NCBI GenBank assembly: GCA_045863335.1
Contig: BTVY01000004.1
Coordinates: 64,001-128,000 of the forward strand
DNA: 64,000 nt
Source of the DNA: Candidatus Hydrogenedentota bacterium
GTDB lineage: Bacteria > Hydrogenedentota > Hydrogenedentia > Hydrogenedentales > SLHB01
Reading direction: 5' to 3'
A program made the position numbers and the translations under genes. Every line of letters starts with the position of its first letter. Within the stretch, counting starts at the first letter, position 1. Under the pieces are notes generated by a model. The model searched no databases. It was not told the DNA's origin and saw only the letters and a list, made by a program, of their open reading frames with translations. Below, piece by piece: positions 9,301 to 17,516 of the stretch.

Positions 9301-12300
9301 ACGTTGCTGAGTACGCAATATCAATACGACGCCAACTATGATCTGACGAAAGTAATTGACGTTGATGGCTCAGACATCGAATATACCTATGGAAACGACA
9401 GCCGGGATGTGGACACCGCATACATCGCTTCGTTTACGGACAAAGAAGACCGGACAACGACGTACAGTTATCTATACGATTACCATCCAGACGGTTGGGG
9501 TCTGCACCCCTACATCATCACCATCAACTATCCTGACGGTATCCAGGAGGTAATCAATCGCACACAGGGATCCGGTTATAACCGAGCGTCGGACACAGTT
9601 CAATACCAGGGTACGCTCCTGAGCAAGATCGAGATCATACCAGGACCGCAAGGGTACTACCCCCAGTTTGTGCGAATCTACACCGGCCAAGGGTTGGCGT
9701 ATGAAGAGTGGGAATTTGAGTACCACGACAACCTGAACGACAACAATACCGAAAACGACCGTGACTTAAAAGCGATTATCGATCCCCGAGGAGTTCGTGT
9801 AAACGAGTTCACTTGGACTTCGGACGGTCGCTTGGCAAGCATTAGATTTCCTGGCCAGCCCGCTTCGACGTTCGAGTATGCTACAAGTGGCCTGCACGCG
9901 ACCAAGGTCAATCATCCGGATGGGGCCTCGTCCTATTACTACTACGATTCTCAAGATAGACTCACAAAAGAAGTCTTGCCTTGGAGCGGTTCGAACGGTT
10001 ACCAGAGAACTTTCGATTCGTACGGGCAATTGACGTCTCTTGTGAATCCTCTATCCAACTCCACAACATATGCCTATGACTCTATCGGGAAAATCACCAG
10101 CGTGAAGACCGCGCTCAATGATGAGTGGCTCCTTGAATATGATGCATTGGGACATCTTACAAAACGCACGTCCCCCTTATCGCAAGTCCAACAGTTCTAT
10201 TATGCAAGCGGAGGTTGCGGCGGCTGCGGCGGGGGTGGTCTCCTAACGAAGGTCACGGACGCGGACAGTAACGACACGTTGTTTGCGTACGATGTTGTGG
10301 GTAATGTCACGAAGATTACTGCCGCGACTTTACAGGCGACGGATTTCTTTTACGATATCAATGACCGGCTCACCAAGATCACGACGCCGTCGGGAAGCGC
10401 GAACGACATGACGTTCGCGTACGATCGCTTAGGACGGTTGACGAGTCTTACGGATTTGAACGGGAAGACCGCTTCCTCTACGTACAATCATCGCGACCAA
10501 GTGCTTACGGTGAGCGACGCCGTGGGAACGGTTACATTTACGTATGACTCATCGGGGAACCTGTCCACTGTCACGGATGCATTGAGTCATACGTGGGATT
10601 ACGACTACGATGGAAACAGCTATCTCACATCCGTTACAGACCCCGTGGCCAAGTATGTCAAGTATTTCTATGACGGTTATGGGCGGTTGACCAAGGTTGG
10701 GGCCGGTTCGAGTGGGAGCTTCGACCCAACAGAGTATTTCTACAACTCGTCCACTGGTGTCATGACGAAGGTGCGGTATACGAGCGGTGCGCAGTCACAC
10801 GAGGCGACATACGAGTTTGACAACATGCTACGTGTTACGCGGCTCAAGGACTGGATCGACGCGACGAACGGCATCCAGTACGCGTACGACGCGGCGAACC
10901 GGCTGACGCGGATTACGGATTACGACAGCTCTACTCTGGATTACGCATATGACGCCGCCGGCCGGGTAACGTCTCAGAACGACTATCACAGCAACACGAC
11001 GACATATACGTATACCGTGCGCAATCAACTTAGTACGATCACGGCGCCGGGCAGCAAGGTCTGGGATTTCGATTACAACACGCTCGGCCAGCCGACGGGA
11101 TATGCCCATCCCAACGGGGTCACCACGGCGTACGAATACGATTCGCGGCACCGGATGACGAAGATCGCGCATATGAACGGACAGACGACGCTCGATAGCT
11201 TTGACTACGCGTTAGACACGGGCAGCCTGATCTCGAGCGTGACCCACGCGGATAGCTCCTTTTGGGACTACGCCTATGACGATCGCTATCGCCTCACCAG
11301 CGCCGTACGCAGCAACGCCAACGAGACCATTGAGGCCACGTATGCCTACACCTACGATGCGGGCGACAACCTGCTCACAAAGGTCGAGCCCTTCGAGGAC
11401 GATTTCAATGATGGGAATTACACGGGCTGGTCGGTGTGGTCCGGGTCGTGGAGCGCGGCGAACAATTATCTCCGGATGACGCCGGGGTCGGCGGGGACCA
11501 TCGCGCAGAATGCGAATACGGATAACGATCTGGAATTGCGTTTCTCCTACGTCTGCAACGACACGAGCAACAGCGGGTACACGTTGACGGTGAGTCCGCG
11601 CTACGCATCGAATGGGGACCGCATCTATCTAAACATCCTGCCGGGGTCGGTGAACCTGGCGCAGCGCGTGGGCGGCGTGTGGTCGTCGCTGGACTCCCAG
11701 GCTCTCACCAGCACGCAGGGCGTCGAGTACACCATCCGCGTCGTGTGCGACGGGTCGGACGTGCAGGTCTTCCGGACCGCTCCCGGCGAACTCGAACAGG
11801 AGGTCCTCTCCACCTCCAGTTGCACCGTTGCGAGCACGAACTACATCTCCTTCACCCCCAGCCTGAACGCCGACTACAGCATCGACAACATCCGCATCCT
11901 CTCCGACGACCTCAGCAACACGACCACCTTCGCCGTCAACAACGCCAACGAACTCACCTCCATGACGGACTACAACGGCTCCACCACCTTCGCCTTCGAC
12001 GCCTGGGGCCGCATGACCTCGAAGGCGCGTGGCAGTTATTCGGCGACGTATGGTTACAAGTACGGCCAGATGTTGTGTAATGTGGCTAGCAACTGGCCGA
12101 GCGAAGGGGATGTGACGTACAATTACGGCGGCAACCTGCAACGGCGGGAACGGACCGTGGATAGTACGACGGTCAGGTACAACTGGAATGGAGGCTTTGG
12201 CCTCATCAGCGAGGAAGACGACTCTGGAAATCTGACGCGCACCTACACCGGCCGTCTTGCGGACGTGAACGGGAGCAACCCGGCTACGGGAACAAGCCGG

Positions 12301-12945
12301 TACTACCATGGTGACAATCTTGGCTCCGCCCGGCGAGTTACGGATGGTTCGGCAGCAACATTGGCCGCCAACGAATACACGCCGTACGGCTCTAGCTTTC
12401 AGTCTTTCGGCTCGGCGTCAACATGGGCCTATGGCATGTTAGCAGACGATTGGCCTTCCGGGACACTATTCGCGCCTTTCCGGAATTACCTACCGGAGAC
12501 TGGACGTTGGTCGTGCCAAGATCCGCTCGATATGATTGACGGCACAAATATGTTCGCGTATGTGCAGGGGAACCCAATCAACGCTGTCGATCCCCTGGGG
12601 CTTGGTCTCTTCAGATATTTGTCTTGCATGTTATTCGGTACGCCACCAAACAGCAAGAGTCCGCCTGATGGCGTCCTTAATCCTTTCTCGCCACAATTGA
12701 TGGGCCCCGAGGCAGAAGGTGCATACCAAGTCGCCAAACGGAGTATGAACGTCGGTAAGAAAGCGACCGGCAGAGCAGCGGCACTTATGGTAGGCAAGGC
12801 CATGGCCCGATATGTTGCATGGCCTGTTAGTGCTGCCGTTACGGCGGCTTCTCACGTTGGTTGTGATGAATCACTAGAGGATCAGCCAATGGCGGGAATC
12901 GTTCGTATTGATTTTGGAGAGTACCTGGGTCTCCTAGGGGGTTAA
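6391..12945 (+). CDS. Rhs/YD-repeat polymorphic toxin with signal peptide, TPRs and a C39 peptidase domain
   Basis: Signal peptide (..FLPFAAGA); TPR-like helices; C39 motifs LCGP (Cys 7801), GTTMLGL and NHFV (His 8014), YLD; Gly-rich linker; many YD repeats; core end PETGRW..DP...GTNMFAYVQGNPINAVDPLGL; 113-aa tip. Confidence 0.92.
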   Translation: MIVVLRNKTWLRLVSLFTVATFLPFAAGAWNFIPNQSYDEKLASTPSWSVLPWKTAEEISKEDFRELPWQTLVRGKSRSTEGIQPLSEDELERYKGGQIQDRASMLDSANVLYESGRVGEACISYLDILDKHPRTVEAVEANRRLGEAANRLMQGELDSSEIARFEAELPTLESLTSMEGRYTLVDFYRFKARAVSEGGDIGAGEQLYALTRKEAGELLRNFPDNPLQIDTAIIFMESSRALGQKETTEAIEFLERLISESEPCMSEWAARYVAAAHAHTERNALGKSVGHYRAMIQHAKLGFIDEALSDPGVYPWVKAYLELALADAYHNAGSPDEAFSRYQRIVQNYSGTGEPVEEAAYNVAFSIGFGQAQPYEGILEFGKLIESAPESIFAGKALWQIGNLYLAAEDYDAALRTFGDVMEKYPETTLAIAAERSSEYILNNLVGSYRVSEGYVLADSGLPTEIEGQLCGPMALRALLDANGINASVEELAVAAGTDGGGTTMLGLIRAADSKGFGLQGVKVANASALETPFIAFVNGNHFVLVTQLDKDTVQYLDTGTEARVVSQAEFAQMWQGHALTNVGSGLYESAMNTGQLTGAKGGSGGGGGITLSPPDCPNGFMPPCGGGPLGGGGGGAGDVPPNNDCGADGGDSSGSPGGSSGGSGGGGGSGGGGGSGGGGGSGGGGGSGGGGGSNPGNGPNGIGGTLGIGLGNAGSGQLDVGPGSGNGLGGFAAFGAIPWGGHPGEIYMGGEGSHGSGPQPGGRGMPRIQGFQGAQYMVSTDLAIDIRGPMHIKFQRGYHNRWGKRRWEYVHNSEVWSNNIGRSWTHSLNMFISVSTSTQGGKPDHVIFYDSAGNHNFYYYSSSTLGADLYEPSTKNPTDDQANYIIRNSTTDSYTLHLPHGMQYAFGSPSYYIARIDTATDVSGNVISFDYDSGGHLTKVYGPSPDTRYMFFEYSGNQITKASIKDGTATLLSTQYQYDANYDLTKVIDVDGSDIEYTYGNDSRDVDTAYIASFTDKEDRTTTYSYLYDYHPDGWGLHPYIITINYPDGIQEVINRTQGSGYNRASDTVQYQGTLLSKIEIIPGPQGYYPQFVRIYTGQGLAYEEWEFEYHDNLNDNNTENDRDLKAIIDPRGVRVNEFTWTSDGRLASIRFPGQPASTFEYATSGLHATKVNHPDGASSYYYYDSQDRLTKEVLPWSGSNGYQRTFDSYGQLTSLVNPLSNSTTYAYDSIGKITSVKTALNDEWLLEYDALGHLTKRTSPLSQVQQFYYASGGCGGCGGGGLLTKVTDADSNDTLFAYDVVGNVTKITAATLQATDFFYDINDRLTKITTPSGSANDMTFAYDRLGRLTSLTDLNGKTASSTYNHRDQVLTVSDAVGTVTFTYDSSGNLSTVTDALSHTWDYDYDGNSYLTSVTDPVAKYVKYFYDGYGRLTKVGAGSSGSFDPTEYFYNSSTGVMTKVRYTSGAQSHEATYEFDNMLRVTRLKDWIDATNGIQYAYDAANRLTRITDYDSSTLDYAYDAAGRVTSQNDYHSNTTTYTYTVRNQLSTITAPGSKVWDFDYNTLGQPTGYAHPNGVTTAYEYDSRHRMTKIAHMNGQTTLDSFDYALDTGSLISSVTHADSSFWDYAYDDRYRLTSAVRSNANETIEATYAYTYDAGDNLLTKVEPFEDDFNDGNYTGWSVWSGSWSAANNYLRMTPGSAGTIAQNANTDNDLELRFSYVCNDTSNSGYTLTVSPRYASNGDRIYLNILPGSVNLAQRVGGVWSSLDSQALTSTQGVEYTIRVVCDGSDVQVFRTAPGELEQEVLSTSSCTVASTNYISFTPSLNADYSIDNIRILSDDLSNTTTFAVNNANELTSMTDYNGSTTFAFDAWGRMTSKARGSYSATYGYKYGQMLCNVASNWPSEGDVTYNYGGNLQRRERTVDSTTVRYNWNGGFGLISEEDDSGNLTRTYTGRLADVNGSNPATGTSRYYHGDNLGSARRVTDGSAATLAANEYTPYGSSFQSFGSASTWAYGMLADDWPSGTLFAPFRNYLPETGRWSCQDPLDMIDGTNMFAYVQGNPINAVDPLGLGLFRYLSCMLFGTPPNSKSPPDGVLNPFSPQLMGPEAEGAYQVAKRSMNVGKKATGRAAALMVGKAMARYVAWPVSAAVTAASHVGCDESLEDQPMAGIVRIDFGEYLGLLGG
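8380..8472 (+). repeat. Coding tandem repeat, 5 x 18 bp (SGGGGG)
   Basis: TCCGGCGGTGGCGGTGG(T/C) five times, then TCC. Confidence 0.95.
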
Positions 12946-13023
12946 AACTGCTGTAGATTGGAAATGCAAATGCGTATGTTGATTGAAGGCGTGTCGAGAT
13001 AACCTTACACAGCACGAGGTAGA

Positions 13024-13497
13024 GTGGCTAGAGAGAATCTCAATCCTGATGTGCTAGCGAACCCGTTCGAGCGTACGCGCATGATCTGGGTTTGGATTCT
13101 TACGTCCGTCACCGTCGTGGAGGTTTTGCGTGTTTGGGCGAGCTTCCAGGCCGTTCCTGCCAACCAAACGTCGAGCGACCGCGCTTCGTTCGTGACAGAT
13201 ATGATGAGTTTTCTAACGTGGGGCGGTACCCTGTTTGCAATGGTGGCGGTGACGGTCATTCTGGTCTTCGCAGTGCGGGTGATTGTTCATCCCAGTACGC
13301 TAATACTTGGAAGAATTGCACTGCTATGTGTTCTAGTAGCTCTTGGCGGCGAGTTTCCTGCGTTCTTCCTCCGCGACGCTATTGGCATATCGATGGTATT
13401 GGATTTGGTGCGACTATTTGCGGGTTTGTTGGGCTTGGCAGCGGCGAAGTTTTCGCATTCAGTGTCCAATTCAGATCACCTAACATCCGAGAGTTGA
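13024..13497 (+). CDS. Four-TM membrane protein, candidate Rhs immunity protein
   Basis: Four hydrophobic stretches; directly downstream of and co-oriented with the rhs gene; GAGG upstream of GTG. Confidence 0.6.
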   Translation: MARENLNPDVLANPFERTRMIWVWILTSVTVVEVLRVWASFQAVPANQTSSDRASFVTDMMSFLTWGGTLFAMVAVTVILVFAVRVIVHPSTLILGRIALLCVLVALGGEFPAFFLRDAIGISMVLDLVRLFAGLLGLAAAKFSHSVSNSDHLTSES

Positions 13498-13952
13498 CTG
13501 CGTTACTGTGTCCGGTAAGCCCGGGTTAACATGAGTACAGAATTAGAGACGTGAAGCGCAACGAATAGATGATTGCTGGCGTGAGTCGATGGGTGATATT
13601 GGTCTCGCGGTATTCGTTCAGTGCGACGACGAGGTTTGGACGGTGGCGTGGTACACCGCGGATACGAGCACGTTCGTCACAAACTCTTTCTGTGGCGGTT
13701 TGGCGCTGGTGACCGGGCATCACGGATAAGGGTGGTGCGCCCCTGACCAGTGTGTGCATAGCTAGTACTGGGTCCGTTGACTTTGCGAGTTTATGAAGTG
13801 CGGATTTGGAGAATCCCAATCGGTTCGGGACTATTGATGGTTTGAGTGATGCCGCGCTCGTCGAGCGAGGCAGTACGAATGGGATTCAGGCCTTCGGTGT
13901 GGCGCGTCCGCATTCGAAGGTTACGCCAAAGGCCGAAGCGAGCGTGCTTCGC

Positions 13953-16490
13953 TCAGGGGACAGTGGGCACGTCGACGCCCGGTTTTGGGATCTCGGCCGT
14001 TGGGATCGACGGCGGCACGCCCGGAAGGTCCAGCATGAGATCGCTGGGCATAAGCGGAGCGTTCGGGTCGTTCATCGGTGACCCGCCTGCTTGCAGGTCC
14101 GCGATGAGCCGTTGCAGTTCCGGCTGATTGGCATCGATGGATAGACTTCGCGCGAAGTACCGGTGCGCCATGGCGGGTTGGCGTTTGTCGTTGAGGTAGA
14201 TCATGCCCAGTTCGCGGTAGATGCGGGCTTTGTCTCTCGGTATCACGCTCGGCCGCGTGATACCTGGCGACGCAGGCGACTTCGCTTCGCTGAAGTCGCC
14301 GGGAAAGGTGTCCATCCGCTCCAATTGCGCTATCGCCTCGTCGATACGGCCCTGCTCTTTCAGGCAGGTGAAGGCCAGCCAATTGGCCTCGGGTTCCAAG
14401 GGGTCCTGCTTTAGCAGCTGTTCGAACAGGGGCAACGCCTCGCGGTGCTGGCCGGTCTGGACATAGACCTTGCCGAGGTTCCGCAGCGACGTGCCGTACT
14501 CCGGGTCCGCCTCTAACGCCTGCGTGTAGTAGCGCTCCGCAGATTCCAGTTGCCCATACTCTGCGCAGACACTGCCGAGGTTGTTCAGCGTCTTCTTGCC
14601 GCCCTCGCCAATGTGGAGTGCCGTGTCGAAGGCCACCATGGCATGCTCTGTGTCTCCCTCATGGATAAACGTCCTACCTTGCGAGAAGTGGTAGTCCGCA
14701 AGGATCATTTGGGCGGTGAGTTCGCCACGCGTGTCGGATTCGTCCAGTGTGTGCCAAGTGTACTCCGCCCAGTAGTCACGCTCCGGCGGAGTTTCTCCGT
14801 CGCGCATGACGCGGTATAGGAGCCCGGCATTGACCATCTGCGCGCCCGGTACGCCCGGCAACGGCCGCTTCTTCGTGAAGTACACGGGCCGGTCTGGATT
14901 CTGCGTGATGATCCAGTCCTCGATGCCCTGCTCTTCCGCTTCCGTGGGGATCTTGCGGAAGCGGTTGCGTAGGTCCTCCGGCATGTCCGCGTACAGGTGT
15001 TCCTCGGGGTAGCCGTACTTGTTGGCGATGGTGACATCGGGCCGGAGTCCTTCCACCACCTGAAGGTAGATCACCGGGAAGGTCGCATGGTCCGCCGTGG
15101 GGAAGTAGACAGCGTTCTTATCAATGGTTTCGAGGACGTTCCGGCCGTAGTCGTAGGCGAAGTAGTAGTCGCCCTTGTCCACAAAGGACCGGTTCATGGC
15201 GAGGGGGAAGGCGACGACGATGACTGACACCACCGTGACCATGAGCGTCCGCCCGAGGCCGCGTTTTCCGATGTTCGTGGCGAGAGAGGGACAGACCCCG
15301 TGTTTCGCTCCGAAGACTCCGCGAAAGACGGGGTCAGTCCCCATCGTGCGCATCGTGCGGCTGAGCAAGTCGATGGCGCCGCCGATGAAGATTCCGGCCA
15401 TCATGTAGACGGGAATCCAGAAGACATTGTTTACCCAGATCGCGAGGGGGTCTATGGCGAAGTTGTTGACCAGCATGACCGCGAAGAGGACGACGGCCGT
15501 GAGGACGGCCAGGAAGGCCGTGCGATGCCGGTCGCGACGCCAGAGGGCGTAGACTCCCACGGGCGGCACCCAAGCCAGCCAAGGTGTGAACTCCCGGAGG
15601 TAAAGCCGGAGGAACACGCCGCATTGCTGGAAGAAGAGTCCCAGGCTGCGGGGGTGCTCGGTGAACATGAACTTGTACTGGGCGCGGGTGACCACGTCCT
15701 TGAAATTCTCCCAAGTCTCCGGGTTGCCCCAGTCCATGGGCGGGTCGGCAGCGGATCGGATGGGCAGGTAGAGGTAGACGGACAGGCCGAGCAGGCAGAG
15801 TCCGGCCATTCCGAGGTAGACCGGCCATTGCCGCCAGGACTGGCGGTCGTTGAACAAGATGAACCCGGCGAAGACGACGCCGAGAAGTTGCATCGTGCTG
15901 TGATTGGTGAGGCTGAGGCCGTAGACGAAGGCGAAGAGGAGCAGCAGGCGCGGCTGCCGGGACTCGTACCACAGGAACAGCAGCAACACGCACAGAGCGA
16001 TGAAGAAGGTGTTCAGCGAATACACCTCGGCGATGACGCTCTGCTCCCAGAACTCCCGCGAAAACGCGAAAGCCAGCGCCCCGGTCACGGCGGCGACCCG
16101 ATTCCGCGTCAGCCGGAGGATGATCAGACACACCAGCCCGACTGTCACCGCCGCGAAGAACGCGGACATGAAGTTCACGCGCCACGCCACGGTTCCAAAG
16201 GGGATATACGTGAACAAATGCCCCAACAGACACCAGATTGGATACCCCGGCGGATGGGCAATCCCCAACGTATACGCCGCCGTGACCAACTCCCCGCTGT
16301 CTTCCCCCGTGACCGTCGGCCCCAGCGTCGGCACATACACGCCCAGCGCGACCAAGGAAGCGCCCAGGGCTGTCAAATAATCTCCGGGAGTGAAGCGATG
16401 TCCACCCAGTCCCTGAGTCGAGTTTGCGCTGTTCTGTGGTCGCAGGACATGATTTCCGAACGTAGTCCGTTCCTGTTTCTTCTTCTTCAC
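13953..16490 (-). CDS. DUF2723 (TMEM260-like GT-C) membrane protein with C-terminal TPRs
   Basis: PTVTGEDSGEL..A..LGIAHPPGYP, AEVYSLN, LTNH, YLYLPIRS..PPMDWGNP; C-terminal TPRs. Confidence 0.9.
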   Translation of the reverse strand: MKKKKQERTTFGNHVLRPQNSANSTQGLGGHRFTPGDYLTALGASLVALGVYVPTLGPTVTGEDSGELVTAAYTLGIAHPPGYPIWCLLGHLFTYIPFGTVAWRVNFMSAFFAAVTVGLVCLIILRLTRNRVAAVTGALAFAFSREFWEQSVIAEVYSLNTFFIALCVLLLFLWYESRQPRLLLLFAFVYGLSLTNHSTMQLLGVVFAGFILFNDRQSWRQWPVYLGMAGLCLLGLSVYLYLPIRSAADPPMDWGNPETWENFKDVVTRAQYKFMFTEHPRSLGLFFQQCGVFLRLYLREFTPWLAWVPPVGVYALWRRDRHRTAFLAVLTAVVLFAVMLVNNFAIDPLAIWVNNVFWIPVYMMAGIFIGGAIDLLSRTMRTMGTDPVFRGVFGAKHGVCPSLATNIGKRGLGRTLMVTVVSVIVVAFPLAMNRSFVDKGDYYFAYDYGRNVLETIDKNAVYFPTADHATFPVIYLQVVEGLRPDVTIANKYGYPEEHLYADMPEDLRNRFRKIPTEAEEQGIEDWIITQNPDRPVYFTKKRPLPGVPGAQMVNAGLLYRVMRDGETPPERDYWAEYTWHTLDESDTRGELTAQMILADYHFSQGRTFIHEGDTEHAMVAFDTALHIGEGGKKTLNNLGSVCAEYGQLESAERYYTQALEADPEYGTSLRNLGKVYVQTGQHREALPLFEQLLKQDPLEPEANWLAFTCLKEQGRIDEAIAQLERMDTFPGDFSEAKSPASPGITRPSVIPRDKARIYRELGMIYLNDKRQPAMAHRYFARSLSIDANQPELQRLIADLQAGGSPMNDPNAPLMPSDLMLDLPGVPPSIPTAEIPKPGVDVPTVP
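14239..14300. repeat. Intragenic double hairpin
   Basis: GGTATCACGC-N6-GCGTGATACC (14239-14264) and GGCGACTTC-N8-GAAGTCGCC (14275-14300). Confidence 0.85.
15288..15341. repeat. Intragenic palindromic element (GGGACAGACCCC type)
   Basis: 21-bp arms GGGACAGACCCCGTGTTTCGC / GCGAAAGACGGGGTCAGTCCC with 2 mismatches and a 12-nt loop. Confidence 0.85.
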
Positions 16491-16552
16491 CTCATATCCT
16501 TATCATCTCTACAAAACGGAGAAAACGGTGAGGAACCGAGTAGTCGGAACAA

Positions 16553-16804
16553 TCACGAGAGCCATTCCGCAATGCCGCGTTCAGTAATCTCCAGACTGGG
16601 GTAGTGGCCTTCGTGATCAACTATTCGCACGTAACCTTGAGATTTAAGTTCTTCAACTGCCTTCTCCACGTCTCCAGAACTCCACTTTGCGAATTTATTC
16701 CCAATGAAAATGTTACCTTCGGTTAAAGGGGGAAACATGCCGTTCATATCTCTGTAGTAATCCTGTACGTGGCGCTTGATTTCTTCTATGTCTAGTCTGT
16801 TCAC
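16553..16804 (-). CDS. Small hypothetical protein, possibly winged helix
   Basis: AT-rich ORF; GGAGA before GTG at 16804 (alternative ATG 16870); VEKAVEELKSQGYV..LEITERG resembles a wHTH wing. Confidence 0.6.
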   Translation of the reverse strand: MNRLDIEEIKRHVQDYYRDMNGMFPPLTEGNIFIGNKFAKWSSGDVEKAVEELKSQGYVRIVDHEGHYPSLEITERGIAEWLS

Positions 16805-16946
16805 ATTAGTTCTCCATTCTAGGTCTAGTACCAATGCCCTAAGTCTACCGCAGAGCGCGGGCTTAAACATAGCCCCATTTATCTCACTGGGGGCTCCCTA
16901 CTACCGTCGATTTAGGCTGATTCCGACCTGCTCAATGCGTTTCGCT

Positions 16947-17516
16947 TTAAAAGTCCGCACGTCCCAGTTCCAATTCCGAAACTCTTCGTTGATCTATGCC
17001 CAACTCCTCGGCGAACGCACTTTGCGTGAGTCCCTGAAGTAATCGCTCCTGCCTAAGGCGCTCCGCAGAAGATCCGGGCGGTGGGAACGGGTTATACCCC
17101 AGGAATGCGGCTATCTTGGGAATCGAAATATGGTTCTGCCTGGAGTCCGGCTGGCGTTCCCATTTGGACACCGTAGCTGGGTCCACGGTCATGGCCGTGG
17201 CCGCTTCAGCCCAGGACATACCCAGGCCTTCCCGGTGACGGCGCAGTCTTTCTCCGACCGTTCGGCCCAGCGGACGGGGATCATAACCAAGGAACCGGAT
17301 TACTTTGGGCAGTACTCGGAGGTTCGGCGTGGCGGTTCCTGCCTCCCAATTGAAGACTGAGGCCTTATTTACTTCCAGAATCCCCGCAACCTCCCGTTGT
17401 AGGAGGTTCAGGTCCATTCTGCGCTTGCGGATATGGTCCCCGATGGTTTCTAATGTCTCTGGATAACCGGAAGGAATTGGTTTTGTTGAACTTAGCTCTC
17501 GATGACAACAAGGCAA
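16947..17516 (-). CDS. Multi-domain XRE HTH protein (3 HTH), copy 2
   Basis: Paralogue of 3765..4328 with the same three HTH units. Confidence 0.8.
   Translation of the reverse strand: MPCCHRELSSTKPIPSGYPETLETIGDHIRKRRMDLNLLQREVAGILEVNKASVFNWEAGTATPNLRVLPKVIRFLGYDPRPLGRTVGERLRRHREGLGMSWAEAATAMTVDPATVSKWERQPDSRQNHISIPKIAAFLGYNPFPPPGSSAERLRQERLLQGLTQSAFAEELGIDQRRVSELELGRADF

Noticed and set aside
13498-13952. 450-bp gap with short ORFs after the immunity candidate
   Set aside because: No recognisable motif, orphan Rhs tip or convincing structure.
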